The notes beneath the pieces are model-generated. The model searched no databases. It worked only from the letters and a program-made list of their open reading frames with translations, and had not been told where the DNA came from. Source: a virus (taxonomy: Duplodnaviria > Caudoviricetes). Taken from it: a stretch of DNA of 25,639 nt. Both the position numbers and the translations under genes were made by a program. The DNA lies in the IMG/VR virus record IMGVR_UViG_3300047669_001037, positions 1 through 25,639 of that record; one strand, 5' to 3'. This document shows positions 1-7,775 of this stretch, in pieces (the stretch's first letter is position 1; each line of letters opens with the position of its first letter).

Positions 1-1
1 C

Positions 2-121
2 CGCAAAAATAAACTGAAGGAAAGGGCGCGGCAACTCTTCCCCGCTATCGGGAAGAAGATCACCCTGAAGACTGCCGACGCCCTGCTGATCCTCGAGGCT
101 GGCCGGAGGCTCGCCCGATGA
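2..121 (+). CDS. C-terminal fragment of a probable RuvC-like Holliday junction resolvase (5' truncated by the window)
   Basis: Frame from nt 2 reads RKNKLKERARQLFPAIGKKITLKTADALLILEAGRRLAR*. The 'A.QLFP...ADALLI' ending resembles phage RuvC-like resolvases. Its TGA overlaps the next ATG (ATGA 118-121). Confidence 0.6.
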   Translation, partial: RKNKLKERARQLFPAIGKKITLKTADALLILEAGRRLAR

Positions 122-525
122 CGAAGCGCGATCGAGAGGCGAGCCACGTCGATTTTGATTGGGACGCTGTCGAAGATGGGAGGGCGGACGTCGATCGCGC
201 GTCGACGGAGAAGGCGGCCCACGCGATCGCCTATCTGTTCGCCTTCATCTTCACGCCGGAAGGGACGAGTCTCGTGAAGGCGTTCAGAAGGTTCGTCTCT
301 TTGGTTTACATTTTAAGACCCGATTTGATTCAGGGCAGAACGATTCGATCGATCGCTGAAGAGTTGGGGCAAGGGAAGACGACGTTCGGGAGGTTCGTCT
401 CAACGATCAGGAAAGAACTCGGAGTCGACGGCGTTCTCGTTCGGCATCGCCCAAAGGAAAAGAACGACGACGACGACGAGGCGGCGGCGGCCTCGGGCAT
501 CCCGAAGGCGGGAGGGCGACGATGA
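118..525 (+). CDS. Helix-turn-helix protein, candidate late-transcription regulator
   Basis: 135 aa. Segment GRTIRSIAEELGQGKTTFGRFVSTIRKELG has HTH (sigma region 4-like) spacing. Last gene before the packaging region. Confidence 0.55.
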   Translation: MTKRDREASHVDFDWDAVEDGRADVDRASTEKAAHAIAYLFAFIFTPEGTSLVKAFRRFVSLVYILRPDLIQGRTIRSIAEELGQGKTTFGRFVSTIRKELGVDGVLVRHRPKEKNDDDDEAAAASGIPKAGGRR

Positions 526-541
526 TCGACAGCGCGACGGC

Positions 542-619
542 GGGGAAATTCTCGACGACTTTGGCTGGCGTCTTCTCGGGGGAAATTCTCGCGACTTTTC
601 TGGGCGACTTTTCTGGGCG
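542..619. repeat. Direct repeats upstream of the putative cos
   Basis: GGGGAAATTCTCG at 542-554 and 579-591. GCGACTTTTCTGG in tandem at 591-603 and 604-616. Confidence 0.8.
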
Positions 620-724
620 GGAAGATCTCGAGTTTTTCAGGGCCGAAATGAATCGGGCGAAAAGGCGGGAGAACGGGCAAAAAGGATCGTTTTCGGGGTT
701 CAATATGGGGAAACCCCCCCTAAA

Positions 725-767
725 AGGTACTCCGGAAGGGGGTCTCGAGAGGGCGAAGCCGCCGCGG
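725..767 (+). other. Putative cos/packaging initiation site
   Basis: AGGTACT (725-731) then GGGCGAAGCCGC-CGCGG (751-767) resembles lambda cosQ GGGTCCT and cosN GGGCGGCGACCT-CGCGG. Lies in low-coding DNA upstream of a GpA-type terminase operon. Confidence 0.5.
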
Positions 768-898
768 CTTGGACTCTTTTTGAGTTCAAAAGGATTTTTG
801 AAAGGTGAGGGAAGGCCGCGAAAGCCCGCGAACCGTCGACGATACTGCAACAAACAGGCGAAGCCGAGCCTCGAATCCGGCCAAACAGTCACGACTTT

Positions 899-2455
899 GT
901 GAAGATGAAAACAGCAACCCATTGCAGCCACACGAAGCAAACCCCGACCGAGGATCTGCGCGAGCATCCTCGGAACGTGAACCAACACAGCCGCGAGCAG
1001 ATCGAACTGCTCGCCAAAATCATCGACGCGCAAGGCTGGCGGAACCCGATCGTCGTCAGCTCGCGGAGTGGCTTCATCGTGGCCGGACACGCTCGGCTTT
1101 TGGCGGCGAAAAAGCTCGGGCTGGCGACCGTGCCGGTCGACGAGCAGGACTTCGAGACGGACGAGGCGGAGCTGGCTCATTTACTGGCCGACAACCGGAT
1201 CGCCGAGCTGGCCGAGATCGACGCGGACGAATTGGCGAAGCTGATCCGCGAACTCGATGGCAAAATCGACCTCGACCTGACGGGCTTCGGCGAGACGGAT
1301 TTGATCGGCATCCTCGGCGACGAGACGGAGGCGGTCGACGCCGAGCCGCAAGTCGACCGGGCGGATGAGTTGCGAAAAAAATGGAACGTGAAGCTCGGGC
1401 AAATCTGGCAGCTCGGCGATCATCGACTGATCTGCGGCGACTCGACATCGTCCGAGACGGTCGGGCGACTGATGGACGGCGGCAAGGCCGTCCTGCTTCA
1501 CGCCGATCCGCCCTACGGGATGGGGAAAGAGAACGAAGGCATCGCGAACGACAACCTCTACCGCGACAAGCTCGATGCGTTTCAGATGGATTGGTGGCGG
1601 GCTTGTCGGCCCTCGCTGGCCGATAATGGCAGCGCGTACATCTGGGGCAACGCTCCCGACCTTTGGCGGCTTTGGTATGTTGGCGGCTTGGCAGATTCGG
1701 AGCGGTTGACGGTGCGGAATGAGATTGTTTGGGAAAAGAAAACAGCATTGGGATTGAATGCTGGCAATGGAATCGGCTCATCTCTGCCGCGCCAATTTGC
1801 AAACCTCTCCGAGCGTTGCCTTTTCTTTATGCTTGGCGAGCAGGGATTTAACAGCAACGCCGATAACTATTGGGAAGGGTTTGACCCGATCCGCAAGTAC
1901 CTTGACGGCGAGCGGCGGGCAATGGGTTGGGATATGAAAACGATTGCCGCTTGGTTTGGTTTTCATCCGAGAATGGCAGACCATTGGTTTTCGGTTTCGC
2001 AATGGTCATTCATCCGGCCAGAGCAATACGCGAGACTTCAAGCCGAGGCAAAGGGCGACGCCTTCAAGCGGGAACACGACGACCTGAAACGGGAACACGA
2101 CGACCTGAAACGGGAACACGACGACCTGAAACGGGACTTCTACGCGACCCGCGCCTACTTCGACAACACGCACGACAATATGACCGACGTTTGGCAATTC
2201 GATCGCGTCTCGGGCGAGGAACGCCAAGGCCACGCAACCCCGAAGCCGGTCGAGATGATGGGCCGCGTGATGAAGTCCAGCGCCCGAGCGGGCGACCTCG
2301 TGATCGAGCCTTTCATCGGATCAGGATCGACCCTGATCGCCGCCGAGAACACGGGACGCCATTGCCGAGGCATCGAGATCGATCCGGCCTACGTCGCCGT
2401 CACGATTGAACGCTGGCACGAGGCGACCGGAAAGGAGCCGGAACAAATCAAATGA
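899..2455 (+). CDS. ParB N-terminal domain fused to a beta-class N6A/N4C DNA methyltransferase
   Basis: N-terminus has HPRNVNQH, GWRNPIVV, IVAGHARLLAA and LADNR (ParB-N). Linker WQLGDHRLICGDST. Catalytic DPPY precedes HATPKP and SAM-binding EPFIGSGST...GIEIDP (beta order). Start is GTG 899 or ATG 905. Confidence 0.93.
   Translation: MKMKTATHCSHTKQTPTEDLREHPRNVNQHSREQIELLAKIIDAQGWRNPIVVSSRSGFIVAGHARLLAAKKLGLATVPVDEQDFETDEAELAHLLADNRIAELAEIDADELAKLIRELDGKIDLDLTGFGETDLIGILGDETEAVDAEPQVDRADELRKKWNVKLGQIWQLGDHRLICGDSTSSETVGRLMDGGKAVLLHADPPYGMGKENEGIANDNLYRDKLDAFQMDWWRACRPSLADNGSAYIWGNAPDLWRLWYVGGLADSERLTVRNEIVWEKKTALGLNAGNGIGSSLPRQFANLSERCLFFMLGEQGFNSNADNYWEGFDPIRKYLDGERRAMGWDMKTIAAWFGFHPRMADHWFSVSQWSFIRPEQYARLQAEAKGDAFKREHDDLKREHDDLKREHDDLKRDFYATRAYFDNTHDNMTDVWQFDRVSGEERQGHATPKPVEMMGRVMKSSARAGDLVIEPFIGSGSTLIAAENTGRHCRGIEIDPAYVAVTIERWHEATGKEPEQIK
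2066..2136 (+). repeat. In-frame 21-bp tandem repeat (KREHDDL x3 plus partial) inside the methyltransferase
   Basis: AARCGGGAACACGACGACCTG at 2066, 2087 and 2108, partial copy at 2129. Confidence 0.95.
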
Positions 2456-3105
2456 GTGAAGCAAAGAAAAAACCAAAAGCGAAGGCCGCCGGAGATGTTC
2501 GGCTGAAGCCGGACGAGGCTCGGCTCGTTCTGCGGAAGGACGTCGAGAACATCGTGAAGAAAGCGGCAGCGGGGAAGACGCTGACGAAGGCCGAACGGGA
2601 TTTGCTCGAGTCGGCGGCGATCGACCCGACGAAGAAGCTGACGGTCGTCGAACTGGCGAAGCATCTCGGGATCACGGCGAAGACGGTTTACCATCTGCGG
2701 AAGAACGAGCAGGGGCCGTCCGGCACGAACCTTGACGAGTGGAAGGCGTTCCTCGAGCGGCGATCTCTGACGACCCGCGACAGCAAAACCGGCCACCATT
2801 TATCCGAAGAACTTCAAGACCTGAAGCATCGCCTTCTTCGCGCGCAAGCCGGAAAAGAAGAAGCGAACCGACGCCTGAAAGAGTTGCAACTCGAGCAGAC
2901 CGAGCTGGGCCTCGTTCCGATGGGCGAAGCGAAGGCGGCGATCCGCCGGACGCTCGGCCCGCTCCGCGAACTGCTCGACACGCTACCGAAGGCCGTCGCC
3001 CTTCAGGCCAACCCCGCCGAACCTGTTCACGCTGAAGAAGCGGTTCGGGAAGGTCTCGATCGGATCTTCAAGATGATGGAAGACGCCACGCCCATCGATG
3101 AATGA
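2452..3105 (+). CDS. terS: Terminase small subunit (Nu1-like)
   Basis: wHTH-like LTVVELAKHLGITAKTVYHLRK, then coiled coil RLLRAQA..ELQLEQTELGLVP and 'LLDTLPKAVA'. Overlaps the start of terL. Confidence 0.8.
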   Translation: MSEAKKKPKAKAAGDVRLKPDEARLVLRKDVENIVKKAAAGKTLTKAERDLLESAAIDPTKKLTVVELAKHLGITAKTVYHLRKNEQGPSGTNLDEWKAFLERRSLTTRDSKTGHHLSEELQDLKHRLLRAQAGKEEANRRLKELQLEQTELGLVPMGEAKAAIRRTLGPLRELLDTLPKAVALQANPAEPVHAEEAVREGLDRIFKMMEDATPIDE

Positions 3106-4915
3106 CCGAGCCGCCCAGACCGCCGCGCTGACGGCCTACGCCGTCGGCTTCTTCCGCTATCGTCCGCCGCTGTCCGTCTCCGACTGGGCGCAGTCATCCG
3201 TCGAATTATCCGGTCGCGTGACCGAGCAAAGCGGCCCCTACTCGCTCGCCCTTCACCCTTATGTCGCCGAAGTCCTCGAGACGATCCGGAATCCGAACGT
3301 GAAGCGCGTCTCGCTTTGCTGGGGATCACAAACGGCGAAGACGACGAGTTTCTATGTGATGCTCGGCTACGTCATCGACCAGAAACCGCAACCGATCTTG
3401 TGGGTCTTCCCGAACGCCGCGCTCTGCAAAACCTTCTCGAGCGATCGCTGGATGCCGTTCTGTCGCGAGTCAAAAGTTCTCGACAAGCATCTGCCGCGAA
3501 ACAACGAAGGCGGCATCGACACGGATCGCTTCACATTGCAGAAGCAGGAGTTCGATCGCTGCACGATGAATCTGGTCGGGGCCGGTTCATCGGCCAACGT
3601 CCGGAGCTATCCGATCGCCGTCCTCGTCCTCGACGAGATCGACGTGATCCCCGAAGCGACCCGCCGCGAATGCCTCGACCGGATCAAAGGGAAGCAGGAC
3701 TTCAAAGTCCTTCAGTCGTCGACGCCGATCAGCGAAGCCGGGGGAATCTGGCAAGAATTTCAGGAGGGTGATCGGCGTCGTTTTTATGTTCCCTGCCCGC
3801 ACTGCGGCGAGATGATGATCTTCCGATGGAAGAACGACGCGGGGGATCTCAATCTGCAATGGGACGAGGCCGCGAAGAACGAAGACGGCTCGCACGATCT
3901 AGCCCTCGTCGCCCGTTCGGCCTATTACCGCTGCGAAGGTTGCGAGGGGAAAATCGTCGACACGCAAAAGCTGCGAGCGATGAAGGCGGGCCGCTGGATT
4001 GCGGGCAGCAAGACCGCCGAGCTGGGCGTTCGATCCTATCACCTCAACTCGTTCTATTCGCCCGTGATCACGTTCGGAAGGATGGCCGTCGAGTTCCTGA
4101 AATCACAGGCGACCGTTGACGGAGTCCGGGCGTTCGTGAATGGTTGGCTCGCTGAACCGTGGCGACCGGAGACCGGCGGCCTGATCAACCCCGACGCCTT
4201 CAAGCAACTTCAGGGCGACTATCAGCGCGGCGACCTGAAAGGCGACTACCGGATCATCGGGGCGGACGTTCAGCGCGATCACTTCGTTTGGATCGTGCGC
4301 GGCTTCGATCGTGATGGCCGGAGCTACCTGATCGACGAAGGAACCTGTCCGAGCTTCGAAGACTTCACGCAACTGATCGCGAGCTACTCGATCAGCTACG
4401 GCATCATCGACACGGGCTACCGGACGCAGGAGATTTACGAACAAATCCACGCCGCCCGCCCGTTCTGGTTCGGGGCGAAGGGCTGGGAGAAGATGCCGAC
4501 AAGCTATCGAATGAGCAAGCTCGACCCGTTCACGCCCGACCAGAAGCGCGCGCGCTCGACGATCAATCTGCTTCACATCAATAAAAACACTTGGGGGCAG
4601 GAGATGCTGAAGAAGCGAAGCGGGCAGTCGATGAACTGGCACGTCTACGATGGGATCGGCGTCGAGTACATCCGGCAGATGCTTTCGACGAACCTCGTCG
4701 AGCGAGTGAACAAGCGGGGGAAGACCGTCCTCGAATGGGCGGTCGAGGGTCATCGTCAGGATCACTTTTGGGATTGCGAGACCTACGTCCTCGCCTTGTC
4801 GCACGTCTTCGGATTGGGCGGCGCGATAATCCGCGACGAGACAAGCGCCCCGAAGCCGCGAGCGCGAAAGCGGCAAAAACCCGAGCGACCGCGCTCGAAT
4901 TTTTGGAAGAAGTAG
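3098..4915 (+). CDS. terL: Terminase large subunit, lambda GpA family
   Basis: PPLSVSDWA N-terminus, Walker A WGSQTAKTT, Walker B LVLDEID, SSTP, GDRRRFYVPCPHCG and YRCEGC, nuclease GADVQ, and DHFWDCETY. Confidence 0.96.
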   Translation: MNDRAAQTAALTAYAVGFFRYRPPLSVSDWAQSSVELSGRVTEQSGPYSLALHPYVAEVLETIRNPNVKRVSLCWGSQTAKTTSFYVMLGYVIDQKPQPILWVFPNAALCKTFSSDRWMPFCRESKVLDKHLPRNNEGGIDTDRFTLQKQEFDRCTMNLVGAGSSANVRSYPIAVLVLDEIDVIPEATRRECLDRIKGKQDFKVLQSSTPISEAGGIWQEFQEGDRRRFYVPCPHCGEMMIFRWKNDAGDLNLQWDEAAKNEDGSHDLALVARSAYYRCEGCEGKIVDTQKLRAMKAGRWIAGSKTAELGVRSYHLNSFYSPVITFGRMAVEFLKSQATVDGVRAFVNGWLAEPWRPETGGLINPDAFKQLQGDYQRGDLKGDYRIIGADVQRDHFVWIVRGFDRDGRSYLIDEGTCPSFEDFTQLIASYSISYGIIDTGYRTQEIYEQIHAARPFWFGAKGWEKMPTSYRMSKLDPFTPDQKRARSTINLLHINKNTWGQEMLKKRSGQSMNWHVYDGIGVEYIRQMLSTNLVERVNKRGKTVLEWAVEGHRQDHFWDCETYVLALSHVFGLGGAIIRDETSAPKPRARKRQKPERPRSNFWKK

Positions 4916-5086
4916 CGACCCAACTCCAGGGGATTGCGGAAAATTTTCGCTCGCGCGACAGCGAAATGAAGGGTCGCCCGACCCTGCCGACGAGTCCGCT
5001 CTGCGGCTCGCGTGGAGAAATCGGAGATCGGGCAAAACGTCGCGCCGGTTGGGTTTGCTTTTTGCCCTTCCGGCGCGGCCACTTCA

Positions 5087-5109
5087 GGACAGGCCGACCC
5101 TTTATGATG
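5087..5109 (+). promoter_or_regulatory. Late-promoter-like motif copy 1 (GGACA-N12-RTRA)
   Basis: GGACA GGCCGACCCTTT ATGA-TG. ATG at 5107 is +20 from the first G. Confidence 0.65.
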
Positions 5110-5874
5110 GCAGCGTCAAATCAGATGACGATCGACGATCGGCCTTTTCAGAAGATGGTCAAAAAGATGCTCGCCGACTTCGGCCCGCAACCCGAGAAGG
5201 TCGAGAAGATCGTGAACATCCTCGCGATGAAAGTCCTCGCCCGAACCGCGAACGACGTCGGCGTCGCCCAGCCGAAGGGGAAGTTCTCGAAGAAGATGTC
5301 GGTCGGGAAGTCTCACATCCGCCGCCGCTACACTTGGAACCGTCCGACGGGTCGCGGAAAGAACGCGGGAAAGCAGCCGAATCAGTACAAATACGTGGCG
5401 CGGGCGATCAAGGTCAACGGGCGAAAATTCACGATCAACAAATTCGAGTTTTACAGTCGCAGCGGCGCGGTCTCGCAAGTTGAAAACCGTCTAGCTGAGA
5501 TCCGCAAAAGGGCGATGGCGCGAGTCGGGTCGGGGAAGGCGGCGTTCTATCACCTCGCGAAGACGGGGAAGCTCGAAGGGGCAACGACGCGCGAGTTCAA
5601 AGATCGCGGCGACCTCGAAGACGCCCTGAAATCGTGCGGGATGACCTACAAAGCCGCCTCGAGAAGTTCAAAGGTCGCAAGAGGGGCCGAGTACACCCTG
5701 AAATTTTACAGCTCCGCGCATAATGCTTTGAATCCGTCCGTCCGTGGAAAAAAGGTTTTCCAGACAAAGGTGAACGGGATGAAGCGCGAGTTCGGCGTTC
5801 TCGTCCGGAAGGGCTACATCAAAAGCCTCGACGACATCGCCGAGCAATACGGGGCGAACGTCGTCGGCCCGTGA
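5107..5874 (+). CDS. Basic virion morphogenesis protein, possibly a relocated neck/tail-completion (gpZ/HK97 gp10-like) protein
   Basis: 255 aa and very Lys/Arg-rich. Start taken at ATG 5104/5107, not 4591, which overlaps terL. N-terminal 'MTIDDRPFQKMVKKMLADF..KIVNILAMKVLART' pattern resembles neck proteins. Family call is inference. Confidence 0.55.
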   Translation: MAASNQMTIDDRPFQKMVKKMLADFGPQPEKVEKIVNILAMKVLARTANDVGVAQPKGKFSKKMSVGKSHIRRRYTWNRPTGRGKNAGKQPNQYKYVARAIKVNGRKFTINKFEFYSRSGAVSQVENRLAEIRKRAMARVGSGKAAFYHLAKTGKLEGATTREFKDRGDLEDALKSCGMTYKAASRSSKVARGAEYTLKFYSSAHNALNPSVRGKKVFQTKVNGMKREFGVLVRKGYIKSLDDIAEQYGANVVGP

Positions 5875-5882
5875 TCTGATCG

Positions 5883-5905
5883 GGACAGGCTGCCCTTTTG
5901 TGATG
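5883..5905 (+). promoter_or_regulatory. Late-promoter-like motif copy 2
   Basis: GGACA GGCTGCCCTTTT GTGA-TG. ATG at 5903 is +20. Confidence 0.65.
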
Positions 5906-6142
5906 GCAGCGAATCTATCAGTCGCACAAATAACAACCCTCCGCGACAATCTGGTCACGGCTTACACCACCCTGTCGACGACCCCTACGACGCAGTATCA
6001 GCTCGGCGACCGGATGTTCACCTACCTCGACCGGGCGAAAATCTGGGCCGAAATCAAAACCCTGACGCGGCTTCTCCTGCTCCGAGACACGACGACAAAC
6101 TGTCGCGGCTATAACCGAATGGACTTGCGGCAATGGAACTAG
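5903..6142 (+). CDS. Head-tail joining protein, gpW-like
   Basis: 79 aa, helix / beta-hairpin (TQYQLGDRMFTY) / helix pattern, immediately upstream of and overlapping the lambda-type portal gene. Confidence 0.75.
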   Translation: MAANLSVAQITTLRDNLVTAYTTLSTTPTTQYQLGDRMFTYLDRAKIWAEIKTLTRLLLLRDTTTNCRGYNRMDLRQWN

Positions 6143-7611
6143 CGACGAAGCCGAACATCTGGTCGCGCGTGAAGACGGCGGGGAAAATCCTCTTCGGATA
6201 TGACGCCGTAAAGAACACCCGCTTCCGAAAGACTCGCGGCCTTCAGCCTTTGCTCTCCGAAGAGCAGGAGCTTCCAAACTACGAACGCGATCGGCTGATC
6301 TCGACGCTGATGGATTTCAAACGGAACGATCCCGTCGTGAAAGCGATCAGCCGCCTCCGCAGGACGGACGTCGTCGGGACGGGGATCCGACCGCAACCCG
6401 CGACGACCGACGACGCCCTGAACGATCTGCTCATCGCCCGATGGGATTACTTTGCCAGCTCTCCGGAGGTCACGGGGACAATGAATATGACGCTTGTCCA
6501 GCAGGAACTCGTCGACGCGCCGCTCTTCTTCGGCGACATCGGCGTTCTGCTGACTCGAAGCGGGAAGATTCAGCTCATCGAGGGCGACCGGATCGGCAAC
6601 CCGACCGGCGGCGGATCTCTCTCCGACGATCCGGTAAAGAACGGCGTCATCGTCGGGCGATCCGGCAAGCCTCGCGGCTATATGGTCGGCCAGCGATTGA
6701 ACGGGACGCTGCAAAATATCAAGCGAATCCCCGCGCGCGACTTCCTGCTCTATTTCAAACGGATGCGCCCGCAACAGTTTCGGGGAATCCCCGAGCTGGC
6801 GAGCTGCGTCGATTCATTGCAGGACGTGAGCGAATACGAAGAGACGGAGATGATGGCGGCGAAAGTCGCGGCCAGCCTTTCCGCCGTCGTGAAGAAAAAC
6901 GACGCGGCACAATTCGAGCTGATCGACCGGCTGCCGGAGAGTGATCAGGACGAAGTTGGACGCCTTCAGCAATTCGAGCCGGGAAATTTTCACTACCTAG
7001 AACCGGGCGAAGACGTGTCGACAATCAGCTCGAACGGTCGCCCGAATGTCGATGGCATCGAGTTCGTGATGTATCACTTGCGAAAGGTCGGGGCCGCGAT
7101 CGGCATCCCCGTCGAGATGATAATGTCGACGATCGGGCAGTCTTCATTTTCGGCGTCGCAGGGTCTTCTTCTTCAGTATCAGGGCGCGCTCGAAGAGAAT
7201 CAGCGGCAGCTCGTTTATTTTCTCGATAAAATTTACCGCTGGAAGGTTGCGCGCTGGATCGCGGACGGAGACATCTCGATTCCGTCGACCGTTCTCGATC
7301 CCTACGCGGCCCGCTGGCAGACGCCCGCGTTTCGCTGGGTGAACAAAGCCGCGCAAGTGACCGCCGACGTTCGCTACGTCCAGCTCGGCGCGTTATCGCT
7401 CGACGACGTAGCGAGTCAGTTCGGCTACACCGCCGAAAGCGCGATGCGTCGCAAGGCCCAAAACATCCGCCAAGCTCAATCCCTCGCCGACGAGTACGGT
7501 CTCGACGATTGGAAGGAACTCTTCAACCCGTACACCGTCAGCGCGTCCGCGAACTTCAGCGACCTTTTGAACCGAGACGACGATCTCGCGGGACAAGCGC
7601 CCCCGAAGTAA
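6133..7611 (+). CDS. Portal protein, lambda family
   Basis: 492 aa with RNDP..DVVGTGI, QLIEGDRI, NGV..G.P.GY, RPQQFRGIP.LA, LEPGEDV, SFSAS and W..PAFRWV. Confidence 0.95.
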   Translation: MELATKPNIWSRVKTAGKILFGYDAVKNTRFRKTRGLQPLLSEEQELPNYERDRLISTLMDFKRNDPVVKAISRLRRTDVVGTGIRPQPATTDDALNDLLIARWDYFASSPEVTGTMNMTLVQQELVDAPLFFGDIGVLLTRSGKIQLIEGDRIGNPTGGGSLSDDPVKNGVIVGRSGKPRGYMVGQRLNGTLQNIKRIPARDFLLYFKRMRPQQFRGIPELASCVDSLQDVSEYEETEMMAAKVAASLSAVVKKNDAAQFELIDRLPESDQDEVGRLQQFEPGNFHYLEPGEDVSTISSNGRPNVDGIEFVMYHLRKVGAAIGIPVEMIMSTIGQSSFSASQGLLLQYQGALEENQRQLVYFLDKIYRWKVARWIADGDISIPSTVLDPYAARWQTPAFRWVNKAAQVTADVRYVQLGALSLDDVASQFGYTAESAMRRKAQNIRQAQSLADEYGLDDWKELFNPYTVSASANFSDLLNRDDDLAGQAPPK

Positions 7612-7613
7612 TG
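7591..7613 (+). promoter_or_regulatory. Late-promoter-like motif copy 3
   Basis: GGACA AGCGCCCCCGAA GTAA-TG. ATG at 7611 is +20. Embedded in the last portal codons. Confidence 0.65.
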
Positions 7614-7775
7614 AGACAAAAAGTGATCGACTACCTCGAGAAGCCGAACCGGAAAGTCTGGGAAGATTTAACGAGCGAGGAACGCCGCTACGTCGAGCGA
7701 GTGAAGGGCGACGCCCCGAAACCCGCCCCGAAGCCACCCGCAAAGCCACCCGCAAAGCCACCCGCGAAAAGCTAA
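7611..7775 (+). CDS. Small protein with a Pro/Lys/Ala-repeat tail (54 aa)
   Basis: MRQKVIDYLEKPNRKVWEDLTSEERRYVERVKGDAPKPAPKPPAKPPAKPPAKS. TAATG overlaps at both ends. 12-bp unit AAGCCACCCGCR x3 at 7731-7766. Confidence 0.7.
   Translation: MRQKVIDYLEKPNRKVWEDLTSEERRYVERVKGDAPKPAPKPPAKPPAKPPAKS

Noticed and set aside
522-902. 126-aa + strand ORF
   Set aside because: Runs through the repeat and cos-like region with homopolymer tracts and atypical codons; more likely non-coding.
883-907. Possible seventh late-motif copy before the methyltransferase (AAACA-N11-GTGA)
   Set aside because: Two mismatches and a spacer one base short; not supportable without TSS data.
2066-2136. CRISPR-like array
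   Set aside because: The units are contiguous with no spacers and are in-frame coding.
4591-5106. N-terminal extension of the 427-aa ORF
   Set aside because: Overlaps terL out of frame and crosses the structured intergenic region. The motif places the start at 5104/5107.
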